Assembly: GCA_008369845.1 (NCBI GenBank)
Contig: MRSU01006085.1
Location: forward strand, 1 to 35,022
DNA from: Trichomonas gallinae
Lineage: Eukaryota
DNA: 35,022 nt
Reading direction: 5' to 3'
The first letter of the stretch is position 1; each line of letters opens with the position of its first letter. Below, one piece after another: positions 18,926 to 29,284 of the stretch. The notes beneath the pieces are model-generated. The model searched no databases. It worked only from the letters and a program-made list of their open reading frames with translations, and had not been told where the DNA came from. A program made the position numbers and the translations under genes.

Positions 18926-19349
18926 TCTAAAATTTTAATGGTCAAAAAAATTTGGAGGCACAAAAATTTTTATTTACATGTCATAATGTCAAAAATATAG
19001 TTTACATGACGAATATTAATTCATATCTTATGTTCTAGCCACATCTTTTTATACTAATAGATATTAAAAATAGTCTCTGTACTGGTTTAAATTTCTAAAA
19101 TAAGCAGTGTATTTTTCCATTTTTTTATTTGATAATTATGATGAAAGGGTTAATAACATGTATAATAATTATCTGTTATAATTGGTCAAATGGTCGATAG
19201 ATAATAGTATAATAGATATTTGGTTAATAAGAAAGTTCTTCAGTGTTGAAATTAATATTTTACATGACAAAAATTGGTTTTGAATACTTTATTTGTCAAA
19301 AATGATGGTGCAACCCCCTGTAATAAAGATAACGAGAATAAATAGAAAA

Positions 19350-19961
19350 ATGACGACACCACCTACTCCAATCACTCCAACACCGAATATAAGGGGTTCC
19401 AGGACAGAGAAGAACCTTGCTGCAGCATTCACAGGTGAATGCATGGCAAGAAACAGATACACATTTTATGCAAGCAAAGCAAGGAAACAAGGATACGAGC
19501 AAATTGCAGAAATTTTCCTCGAAACAGCTGAAAATGAGAGAGAACACGCAAAGAAGTTCTTGAAATTAATGGCTGGCGAACCTGCTCCGATCACATATCA
19601 AATTACAATTCCAAACACACAAATCAAAGATACACTCGAAAACCTTAGAACAGCTGAGCGTGGAGAAGCTGAAGAGAATACTATCTCTTACCCACACATG
19701 GCAGCGATCGCTGAACAAGAAGGATTCGAAGAAATCGCAAATTACTTCCGTAAAGTTGCTGAGGTTGAGCGTGAGCATCAAATCAGATTCGGTCTTCTTG
19801 CCGATCAGCTTGAATCAGACACATTATTCAAGAAGGAAAAGAATTTCCGCTGGAAATGCAGAAACTGTGGCAATATCATCGAAGCTCCTACTCCACCAGA
19901 GAAATGCCCAGTTTGCGGCCATGCTCAAGGATTTTATCAGATCAAAGAAATTTTCGAGTGA
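19350..19961 (+). CDS. rbr: Rubrerythrin (di-iron ferritin-like domain plus rubredoxin-like domain)
   Basis: TEKNL..AF.GE..ARNRY..YA..A...GYEQIA.IF.ETA.NEREHAK; GEAEE....YP..A..A..EGF.EIA..F...AEVE.EH; WKCRNCG..PEKCPVCGH. The start is uncertain (ATG 19350, or 19302/19305). Confidence 0.96.
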   Translation: MTTPPTPITPTPNIRGSRTEKNLAAAFTGECMARNRYTFYASKARKQGYEQIAEIFLETAENEREHAKKFLKLMAGEPAPITYQITIPNTQIKDTLENLRTAERGEAEENTISYPHMAAIAEQEGFEEIANYFRKVAEVEREHQIRFGLLADQLESDTLFKKEKNFRWKCRNCGNIIEAPTPPEKCPVCGHAQGFYQIKEIFE

Positions 19962-20117
19962 AATTGCTAAAAATTATGATTGTTTTACTACTTTTTGACG
20001 TTTTTTACGATTGTATCAGCTTACAATTAAACATTTTAATGATGATAAAATATTTTGAAATATGATGAATGTTAAACTAAAAATAGATGACAATTAAATA
20101 AACAATAGATTAGGTTT

Positions 20118-21437
20118 TTATTTTGCTTTTTGAAGGCTCTTTCGAATTTGATCAGAATCAGATTTGAGTTCTTGAATCTTCTTTTGAAACTCAACGATCT
20201 GCTTGTTAAGATCGACATTCTGGATAATAAGCTCTTCGAGAAGAAGCTGTTTTTGTTGGAAATCTGGTGATTGTGTAATTTGTAGAGTTGGCTGCTGTTT
20301 AAGTGTCTGATTCTGGATTTGGAACTCAACTGTATCAATTTCATTCTTCTTTCCTTGGATATCTTGCCTTAATTGTGCCATATGCTTCGAAATTCTTTCT
20401 TTGTCGAATATAATGCCTTCAATCTTCTTCTGAAGCTCTACATCGATTCGTGGGATAGATGGATCGATTCCAGTATCTTTGAGTTGAATAACGATTTTCC
20501 TAAGTTCTGTTGCCTGTTGTTTCCATTTGACCTTATCGTCTTCAAGCTTCTTCTTTTGGTCATCGAGGCTTGTAACGAGGCCATTGTATTGTTCTGTGAG
20601 CTCATTAAGTTGTTTTGTATATTCATCGTTGACAACTGTATATTTCTTGAGTTCTTGTTCTTGTTGTTCTATATATGCCTGGTTTTCGGCGATGCAAGCG
20701 TCGAGACGAGTCTTTGCTGCCGCAATTGCATCTTGAGTTTGCGTAATTTCTTTTTCGGCAGACTGTATGCGCGTTTTTGTTGCTTCAAGTCGTGAATTTG
20801 CCATGCTGAGCTCTTGATTCTTTAATTGAATTTTAATTGCGATTGATCTGTTGAAAGCGTCAAGATTTTCCTGTCTCTTGATGAGGTCTGTCTTGGCATC
20901 ATTGAGTTTTTGGAGTTTCGAAAGAAGATGCCTCTTCTGCATCTTAAGATCTTCAAGATACATTGGATAAGAGCGAGAAGTTTGTAAGAAGTCGACAACT
21001 GGTTGTAATTTCTTGCAGCGGGCTCTAAGCTGGTCCAAATCGCGTTTCTTTTTGATAAATCTTGTTTCGAATTTTTTATTATTTTGTGTTAACATAGCAA
21101 TTTTACTTTCTTTGACTTCGATCTTCTGTTTGTGTGTTTCTATCTTGTCTGTCAGGTCTTTGAACTGATTGTTTTGATCAGTTTCATTCTGTTCTTTTAA
21201 TTGAATTAATTTTTGTTTTAATGACGAAATCTCTTCTTGAACGAGTGCAAGAGATTCCTGGTGTCTCTTTTTACTATCGGCTTTTTGTTTCTCGAGATTT
21301 TCAACTTCAGTTTTGAGAGATTGATATTCTGCGTTTGTTTTCATCAACTCCTTGACTTTTTCCTTGAGGTTGAACGTCTCCTTGCGGACGGCATTCATCC
21401 GGGTCTGGAAGGACATGAATTCATCCTCTGATATCAT
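20118..21437 (-). CDS. Long coiled-coil protein, GRIPAP1 (GRASP-1)-like termini
   Basis: 439-aa ATG ORF. The N-terminal ISEDEFMSFQ..MNAVRKETFNLKE and C-terminal QLLLEELIIQNVDLNKQI resemble recalled GRIPAP1 termini (LSEEEFQRMQ..LLELR..NYQL; QNMLEEQLTKNMHLHKDM). The family call is tentative. Confidence 0.7.
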   Translation of the reverse strand: MISEDEFMSFQTRMNAVRKETFNLKEKVKELMKTNAEYQSLKTEVENLEKQKADSKKRHQESLALVQEEISSLKQKLIQLKEQNETDQNNQFKDLTDKIETHKQKIEVKESKIAMLTQNNKKFETRFIKKKRDLDQLRARCKKLQPVVDFLQTSRSYPMYLEDLKMQKRHLLSKLQKLNDAKTDLIKRQENLDAFNRSIAIKIQLKNQELSMANSRLEATKTRIQSAEKEITQTQDAIAAAKTRLDACIAENQAYIEQQEQELKKYTVVNDEYTKQLNELTEQYNGLVTSLDDQKKKLEDDKVKWKQQATELRKIVIQLKDTGIDPSIPRIDVELQKKIEGIIFDKERISKHMAQLRQDIQGKKNEIDTVEFQIQNQTLKQQPTLQITQSPDFQQKQLLLEELIIQNVDLNKQIVEFQKKIQELKSDSDQIRKSLQKAK

Positions 21438-22100
21438 CTTCAGATGTCACCTTTTTCATCGTTCGTTTTATTTTTGACACTTTCGAATTTTACACAAAAA
21501 TTATCATATTTAGATTATAATCTTTTATTAGAATATATAAACAAAATATTAGCGTTTTTCATGCATAATTTAGTTTTGATATTTTTGTTTTATTTTGTTG
21601 TCTTTCATGAATTTATTATCGAAGTCTATGACATTCTAAATTTAGAATGTGGTAAGCCTACTTGCAAAGTTTGAAATTTTATATTTTATATTTGAGTTTC
21701 TATTATCTCGTATTCTATTTCCTGCCTATAGATAAACTCAAACACATAAATATCTATGAAATTTACGTTAAATATTTCAGTGATTTTATTTAAATGAAAT
21801 GAAGCATATTGCGTTGATATTCCTAATCATCATCTGTGTTATTTGATGTTCAATGAAAGACGGAGTTCTTAATAATAATTATTTTATACTGGAATTGACA
21901 ATAAATCTCATTGTTAGAACATTTTTCTGATAAATAATGTGATAATATAAAATAATGAATTGATTTAATCTGATATCAAGAAAGAATCAAAATGGAATTT
22001 CTGACATGTAATGTGTCTGTTGTCAAATATATTTAAAAAGGGGAATCATTAATGTAGGGGCTGCATCCGTTTAAAATATATACAACTTAGAAAAGAATAA

Positions 22101-23246
22101 ATGCGTGGGACCAAACTTGGCGCAGTGCGTAATCCAGCTATTGAGAGTAGCAGTAAGTGCTGCCTCGACGAGATGCTGATCAAAGAACTTCAAAACAAGC
22201 AAGAGAAATTCGTAACGGATCTGAATGACTTTGTCAAAGGAGGACATTACGTCGAAGAACTCAGCAATCAAAACATCGAGATGTCAGAAACACTAAATCA
22301 GCGAACATTAAAGATCCTCTCGTTTGCAAATTCAGTTGTGAAATTCGAAGATTCATTAAACGAAAGAGAAGGAAATGCTTTAAGATTATTAGCTGAACCA
22401 GAGATGACATACACAAACCTTAAGCCAATGGTTGAAGAACTTGAAGCTGCGAATAAAACAATCGAAAGCACACATAAAACGTTGCCAACTGAAGCTTTGC
22501 GTAAGGAATTGATGGAATTGAGTACAGAAGTCTCCAAACTCGAAGCAGAAAACACAATTAGAGAAATGAAAATTAAATTACGAAATGAAAAGCTAGAACT
22601 TAGAAATAGACTAGAAATCAAGAAGGCACGCAATCTTTCTGATATCAAAGTCCCAGAAATCGAAAATATAGAATACAAAGCTGATTTTTCAGACGAAACA
22701 AAGCGTTTTGAGAAAATTCAAGCTAAAATCGATCAAATTATCGCCCAAAAGCTTAAAAACCAAGACCTTAAGGACAAAATTGACCAGATACATCAACAGG
22801 AAGAAGATGCAATCAAGAAATATAATGAAGATTATTCAGCTCAACGCCAGAAGATTCAGAAGCTCCTAGAAGAGCTTAAGATGTATAACACATACCACTC
22901 ACAGATTGATGCCTTAAATGGCAAGTTAAATGACGCACAAATTGATTCTTTGGCAATTTCTGATGATGCTTTCCAAGCAGCTAAGATCAAATCATATATA
23001 GATGGTGCTGAGGATGAAATGTCCAACATCAATCTTGATGATGAAAGAAATTCAACTCTCGCTGAAAGAGAATTGCTCAGCAGAGCCAAAGAAGATAATG
23101 ATAAGAGTGATAAAGATAAACAGGCCTTAGAAGATGAAGTTTTGGCACTTGAAGCTGAAATAGAAGCAATCAAAACTAAAGTTGAGCAAACGGAAGCTCA
23201 ATGTGAAAAATACCAGAATATCTTAGAAAATGGATCCGAAGAATAA
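22101..23246 (+). CDS. Hypothetical coiled-coil protein
   Basis: 381-aa ATG ORF, E/K/L-rich heptads throughout. Confidence 0.8.
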   Translation: MRGTKLGAVRNPAIESSSKCCLDEMLIKELQNKQEKFVTDLNDFVKGGHYVEELSNQNIEMSETLNQRTLKILSFANSVVKFEDSLNEREGNALRLLAEPEMTYTNLKPMVEELEAANKTIESTHKTLPTEALRKELMELSTEVSKLEAENTIREMKIKLRNEKLELRNRLEIKKARNLSDIKVPEIENIEYKADFSDETKRFEKIQAKIDQIIAQKLKNQDLKDKIDQIHQQEEDAIKKYNEDYSAQRQKIQKLLEELKMYNTYHSQIDALNGKLNDAQIDSLAISDDAFQAAKIKSYIDGAEDEMSNINLDDERNSTLAERELLSRAKEDNDKSDKDKQALEDEVLALEAEIEAIKTKVEQTEAQCEKYQNILENGSEE

Positions 23247-23417
23247 CGTGTTCTTTCAATTATTTTATATTTTCATTATATATTTTCTTAAAAAAAATGT
23301 AATTTATCTTATTCAATCAAAAAGTTCTAAAGTTATTTTTCATATAGGCGCCATTCATCAATATAAATCTGATGAAATTAGCAAAATTTATTATACAAAC
23401 AAACAAAATAAAGAAAA

Positions 23418-24887
23418 TTAAACAGAACTTAGTAGTGAAATGTCAGTAACCTGCTTTCTGGTCCTTCTTCTTTCACCTCTCCGAACGTTATCCATGAAAT
23501 CTGTTGCTTTTTGTAAAGATTCCTTTCTGGCCATGGAAAGTGACCTTAACCGCTTCTTTAGCTCATGGCTTGGCGTCAAAACTTGGTTTTCATCATCTGC
23601 GATTGATGATTCAATGGCTAGTGGAGTTGAATCATCTTGTATCTGTCTCTGTGTGTTATAAGTGTATGTTACAGACGACGCCATGGCCAATTGATCTTGA
23701 AATTCTTGCATTTGGTAATATTTCATTTGGCGCATCTGGCTGATATCATCGCAAGTCATTTCTATATTATATGAGTCTTTCCTGATGTTTGTTAAAACAT
23801 CATCTGAATTTAGATTTAATCTGATTGAATCAAGAGTTTCATTAGCAATTGACACTAAGTCATTAACATCTATTTCTGATGTAACGTTATTTCGATCTTG
23901 TTCAGCTTCCAAATGCTTTGTTTTCGATTCTAATATTTTTGCATCTGCTTCGAGCTCGGCTTTGCGCATTTCGAGTAAATTATACGTTTCAAGAACATGC
24001 GCGTGGTTCTTTTTATATGTTCTCGATGCTGTTTCTAAATTCATTCTTGAATAGTTCAAATCATTAACGATTCCTGTAAATTCTTCGAGTGATTCTTGTA
24101 TTTGTGTGTGAAATGCAGTGGATGTAGATGATGCAGAAGCCCGTGCTTCACGAATATTATTATCAAAAACTGAATAATCCTTTCCTTTGGCTCGTTCTGC
24201 TTCAAAGTATATATCTCGGAATAGAGGTGCGTATGATGTAAAAATTGTGCTGAAATTGTTAGAATTCGATTGATTTTGTTCAACATTGAAAAGAATAGAT
24301 GATCGAATCTTTTCCTGAAGATCCTGAACACAGGATGAGACAGCCTGCGAAACAAGATCATCATCTGGGAATAACGTTGGCAGCGTATTGATAAATTCGT
24401 TTGCAAGACTTTTTAATGAGGCTTGGAGGTAATTTGTCAGTCGATTTTCGATTATTGTGATGATTGGATGTGTCTGAGGCGGTGATGGCTGAAGAGAATT
24501 GAAATATGGATTTGAATTTGAATTGGATCCTAGTTTTTGAGCTGTGAATGAATCTTGTGCTGATTTAGGTATTGGTGATATGAGTGGCGTTGTTGCAGGT
24601 GGTAAAATAGCTGCTAAATCTCCTAAGTTCATAAGTGGAGCTCGTGGAGGCCGTTTTGAGCCTCCACTCTTAGATGCTGTTGATTTTTTATTGTTTTCTG
24701 TCTTATTTACTGGTTTTGGGTCCGATTTCTTCTCTGTTCGAGTAGGATTTGTTTTCGGAGGCGGAGCTTTCGTTTCTTCGACTTTCGCAGCCGATTTTTT
24801 CGGAGGACCAACTCCACCGAGTCCAATGTCTTCGATACTGTTGAGAAATGAGCTGCCAAAGTTCGAGTTATCGAGAAAATCAGACAT
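23418..24887 (-). CDS. Hypothetical protein with a disordered P/K/S-rich N-terminus and a helical/coiled-coil C-terminus
   Basis: 489-aa ATG ORF. No motif recognised. Confidence 0.8.
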   Translation of the reverse strand: MSDFLDNSNFGSSFLNSIEDIGLGGVGPPKKSAAKVEETKAPPPKTNPTRTEKKSDPKPVNKTENNKKSTASKSGGSKRPPRAPLMNLGDLAAILPPATTPLISPIPKSAQDSFTAQKLGSNSNSNPYFNSLQPSPPQTHPIITIIENRLTNYLQASLKSLANEFINTLPTLFPDDDLVSQAVSSCVQDLQEKIRSSILFNVEQNQSNSNNFSTIFTSYAPLFRDIYFEAERAKGKDYSVFDNNIREARASASSTSTAFHTQIQESLEEFTGIVNDLNYSRMNLETASRTYKKNHAHVLETYNLLEMRKAELEADAKILESKTKHLEAEQDRNNVTSEIDVNDLVSIANETLDSIRLNLNSDDVLTNIRKDSYNIEMTCDDISQMRQMKYYQMQEFQDQLAMASSVTYTYNTQRQIQDDSTPLAIESSIADDENQVLTPSHELKKRLRSLSMARKESLQKATDFMDNVRRGERRRTRKQVTDISLLSSV

Positions 24888-25239
24888 TTTTTGGTGAAAA
24901 AAAAAAATTTAAAACGTCTACTTGATACAACCAGCTTCGATTTCCTCGTTTTTGACTCTTTATGATGATATTTGACTGGTTTGCTTAAAATTTTCGTATA
25001 AAAATCAATATTTAATTTTTTTTATTTCAATATTTGGTTGAAATGATTTTTTTCTATGAAAAATGTGTTTAATTTCGTCATAATTAACTAAATAGCTGCA
25101 AAAAACTTATAAAATCAAATATTTATGCAAATTTCAAAATAAATTATGAATTTCACTACATATCTAACAAAGAGAATATTCAGACTACTGTATTTACGAA
25201 TTAACGTGTGATAAAACATATTTAGTAGATATTAAATGT

Positions 25240-26267
25240 TTATTTAGAATGATAACAAGGAAATAGTGAGAATAATATTTTCATAAGCTTTGATTTATGT
25301 GAACTTTTAGGCTGATTTTGCATATTAAAACGAAGTACTTGAGGGAGATTGGTTTCACATTCTTGTGTAGAGAGATGAGAAAGATTGAGAACAAGATGAT
25401 CTGTTGTTGTAAGACTAACTTCTTTATATGTTGTTTCATTAACATCTTTATTATCGAGAAAACATTGATCAACAACAGATTTTCCATATTGATTGAAGAA
25501 CAAATATTTGCCAGAATTTGATGAGAAAACGCAGAAACTGATTTTAAGAAGATCACAGCCATTATTAAAAACAATTCCCCTACTAAAATAATTTTCGTTG
25601 AGAGTGTTTTCAATAACATTGCAGCGATAAACATATTTATTATTTGTATTATGATACATGACACCTTCTTTGTCAGCTGTGTTATTAAAGATTGAAGTGA
25701 AATTTATTAGATGAGATGATGGATTATTAGAACAAGCATAAGCAGTATTACTAGCGCATTTTGCATGTGAAATATTTGTGGAATCAATAAGCTGGCTTCC
25801 ACCATAGAGACAGATACAATTATAATTTCCTTTACTTTTTGATAGAGAACTTTCAATAATATAACTTTCTTTTGTTGCATAAACATATGAGTGACATCCA
25901 TGGTATTTAGTAATCGTAGAGTTTATGCTGCATACTTGGTATTGAATACATGAGCCATATATGACGTAGATGGAGCCACCACTTTGTGAAGAGTATGAAT
26001 TAGAAAAGAATGACTTAGATACAAGCATCTTGTTATCACTATTATCTGAATTTGTAACATTAATTACACCATTTGGACTAAAATTTTCAAAAAATACTTC
26101 TTTGACATAAATATTTCCAGGATCAGTGATATTCCTTGGTGATTTATATTCTGTATAGTTGATGTTTTTGTCATAAAATCTATCCCATGTAGGATCTTGT
26201 TTGTTGAAATTCAGATTTTGTAGCAAAAAGAAATTATAGTCGAGGATATCTGCGGAATAAAGGATAT
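25240..26267 (-). pseudogene. Beta-helix (pectin lyase-like/Pmp-like) family gene with a defective 5' end
   Basis: N/S/C/Y-rich strands with FxxN and GGSIY motifs (FFENF, FSNS..SGGSIY, IFNNTA, FSSNSG). The long frame begins after a TAA and has no ATG until 26028 (residue 67); the track start at 26226 is TTG. Confidence 0.55.
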
Positions 26268-27194
26268 TTTAGATATTTTAAATGTATATTTAGTAATAAT
26301 TTTGTGTCTAATCGTTGAAAAATTGATTTTTGATTGAAAAATGTTTAATTGGTCTTGGAATAAGTAGGATTCGACGAATATGTATATTCGGTGTAGAATT
26401 GTTGCAGTAGACAACTAAAAGTTGTCACATTTAACTCACGAAGTAAAAACGCAGAACTTTCATTTTATATTTTTTATTTATCGTCAGTCAAATTGCATTT
26501 TAAAGTGATTTAATTTGTCAAATCAAATAATATATCTAATGATAAGACATAAACAATGCAGCCGCTCATTTATACTAAATATCCGTATCTTCAGGAACAT
26601 GAAACATGATGATTGTGATGTAAGTATGATCAGATGTTTATGCCAAAATTGTTGTGAGATTTTGTCAAAAATATTTCTCTTTAGTCAGTCGGCGCAAAAG
26701 ATCTTTCATATTATATCGCTTTGACATTTCACTGTGAGGTACATGACATTCAGAATCCCAAGAGTCACTGAAACTTCTTTAAAAATAACCCGATACTGTG
26801 ATATCTAAATCAAAATGTATTTAAATTTTGCATAGAGTCTACGACATGTATTATATCACTGATGATAGAATTTCAGCACATATATTTTACGAAACTCAGG
26901 CATCGTCGAGACAAAAATATATATACAAATTCATGAAGTATTATTTGATTTCAAAGAAATCAGAATAAAATTGCTAATTCTTTATTCTAAATCAATAGAA
27001 AATTACATAACAAGCATATATTTTAAGATTCGTCCTTCATGCGGTGAAATATCATAATGTCATGTAAATATTTTACATAGCAAAATTCTATAATTCATCA
27101 TTCAAATTTGAAAATTAATCATAAATAGAAGTAAAAAGGAAAAATTATGCGGATTTCATAAACAAGAATGATTAAAAACAATTTATAATATATA

Positions 27195-28250
27195 TTAATG
27201 AACAGGATTAAAAGATTCATACAAGTCTGTAGATTTTGCGATTAGCATATCAACATCTTTTTGTTGGTACCTTCTCCTCAGCTTTCTGCATACTCCGAGT
27301 TTCTCTCTTGTAATAATGTTGCCACCAGACTTGTATAACATGTTCATGCACAGCATTACGTCATTCTTATTAACATTATTCAAGTAGCACTTGAGTGGAG
27401 ACAAATCGCAACAGTTATTCAGTAACTTGTTAGCGATTAGCAACGAAGAAAGCGCAATGACTGACGGTGCATACGAGCTGAAGTTCATATACATGAGGGA
27501 AACCTCAGAGTAGAAAGTTGCAATAGCAGTAAGCTTCTGGTTCGGTACAATTTTTTCGAGAAATGATTTCAAGAAGTAATTTGCCGAAGCGTTTTGAATT
27601 TTGTAGTCAATAGCCGTAAGTATATCGATTTCTGCTTGACGAAATTCTGCTTTCGTGTATTTTTCGTGACAATTTTTTGTTAAAGGATCCAAAGTCTCGA
27701 TTGTGTGAAAATCGACCTTGGAGCAGATCCACAGGCAGCAGCATCCAATAAGCTGCAGCTTAGCGTGTGGCACGTGTCTTTTCGAGAGATATGTATCGAG
27801 AACGTGAAAACATTGAAATAATGTCTCTGTATTTGTGGGGTAGCAAAATGATAGGTGGAACAGCCAGTCAGCAAGAAGAAATCTGTATTGGCTGAACTTT
27901 GAGCCCTGCATTTCATTTATTTTTCCGTAAGGAATGATTTGGGCCTTTTCCTCGTTTTGGAGTACTTGAGCCATATCGTAGTTTGTTTCTTTTGGCCGAA
28001 TTAAAGCTTTTTGAAATGGAATTGTAAAATCGTCGGGAAGATCGAAATCACTTAAGATACAGTCGTCGTCCTCGTCATCATCACTGTCAAGGATGATAGA
28101 TGGGTCACTGTACTCGTCATCTGATTTCGAATAATCTTTCCTTGAAACAGGAAGAGCAAGGGAGTGAATAATCTCAACAGATCCGCACTTGGGAAGCGAG
28201 AAGTTGGAAAATGTGTTTTCACTCACTATGCCTCGGGCACAGAGCATCAT
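27195..28250 (-). CDS. Cyclin (A/B-like cyclin box)
   Basis: YRFLLADWLFHL....ETLFQCFHVLDTYLS......KLQLIGCCCLWICSK, EF..AEIDIL..IDYKI, and the C-terminal box F..Y.PS.IA.SSL. Confidence 0.93.
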   Translation of the reverse strand: MMLCARGIVSENTFSNFSLPKCGSVEIIHSLALPVSRKDYSKSDDEYSDPSIILDSDDDEDDDCILSDFDLPDDFTIPFQKALIRPKETNYDMAQVLQNEEKAQIIPYGKINEMQGSKFSQYRFLLADWLFHLSFCYPTNTETLFQCFHVLDTYLSKRHVPHAKLQLIGCCCLWICSKVDFHTIETLDPLTKNCHEKYTKAEFRQAEIDILTAIDYKIQNASANYFLKSFLEKIVPNQKLTAIATFYSEVSLMYMNFSSYAPSVIALSSLLIANKLLNNCCDLSPLKCYLNNVNKNDVMLCMNMLYKSGGNIITREKLGVCRKLRRRYQQKDVDMLIAKSTDLYESFNPVH

Positions 28251-28411
28251 AAACTTCTGAATAAACGCACGAGAAAAAAAAAATTTTCATCGAAAAAAAA
28301 AATTCAGTATTAACGTATGGATTCTCAATTTTGCGCATATTCAATTCATTCAAATTAAAAATCTTTTATTATTTATTCACCATACTACATCAATTTTCCA
28401 ATTCCTTAATT

Positions 28412-28626
28412 AAAATTTTTTTGCACTTTTTTTCGATATTCACTAATTATTATTATTAATATGGAAAATTGGTGAAGTTTGTTATTATTATCCACTAAAC
28501 AATAACAAATTTCTAATACTATTTTCACTTTTTGATAGATTTATTGTTGTTGTTATTTATTCACTTAACAATAACAAATTTCCAATATCATAAGGAAAAA
28601 AAATTTTTTTTGCACTTTTCGATATC
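28412..28626. repeat. Nested short direct repeats upstream of the cyclin gene
   Basis: AAAATTTTTTTGCACTTTT(n)CGATAT near 28412 and 28600. TTAT(C/T)CACT(A/T)AACAATAACAAATTTC near 28488 and 28557. Confidence 0.75.
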
Positions 28627-29284
28627 CTTATTGTTATTATTTGTTATTTCTTATTGTGGAGAATCAAATTGTTGATACGTTTGATGAAAATTGGGTTCTT
28701 TTGTTAGCTAACGTCATTTCTGATTGCTCATATTCATTAACTAACTTCATGAGCACATATACTATATGAAAAGTCGGGTTAAATACTGAAAGGTAACAGA
28801 TTTTTTATCGGAGAATTTGAATATTGCGTAAACCCGGCTAAAAAGTTGGAAATTTGCAACTATTTTTGTTCTCTTGGGATAGTGTGTCGTCTGATTTCAT
28901 TTTTCTAATGAAACGTATTTGAAATAACGTAAAGCTTTTTTCTTGATTTTTTTCAAAAAAATTTAGATTATCAAAAAATAACATAGTTTTAGAGGCAAAA
29001 CAATTAATGAAATATAATATATAAATGCTATTTATTTAAATAACATCAAAATTATTTTAATTTGACATTGAAATCACAAAATTTGATGATATGATTAAAA
29101 GCAACTTAATAGTGGACGATATATTGCAAATATATTTAGTTATTTCTGCATGAGGTCTTGATTTTGCTTGATTCTATTCATGGTTTTTATAAAAATACAA
29201 TTTATGAATAATAATTTTTAACAGAAATTTATGCCGATCAGAATTTCGCGATGCAGGACAGATTTCGGTAAACAGAGAAAGAAA

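Noticed and set aside
26600..26870. ATGATGA and downstream CTGA, suggesting a C/D-box snoRNA
   Set aside because: The boxes are far apart, with no terminal stem or recognisable rRNA guide. Such short words are expected by chance.
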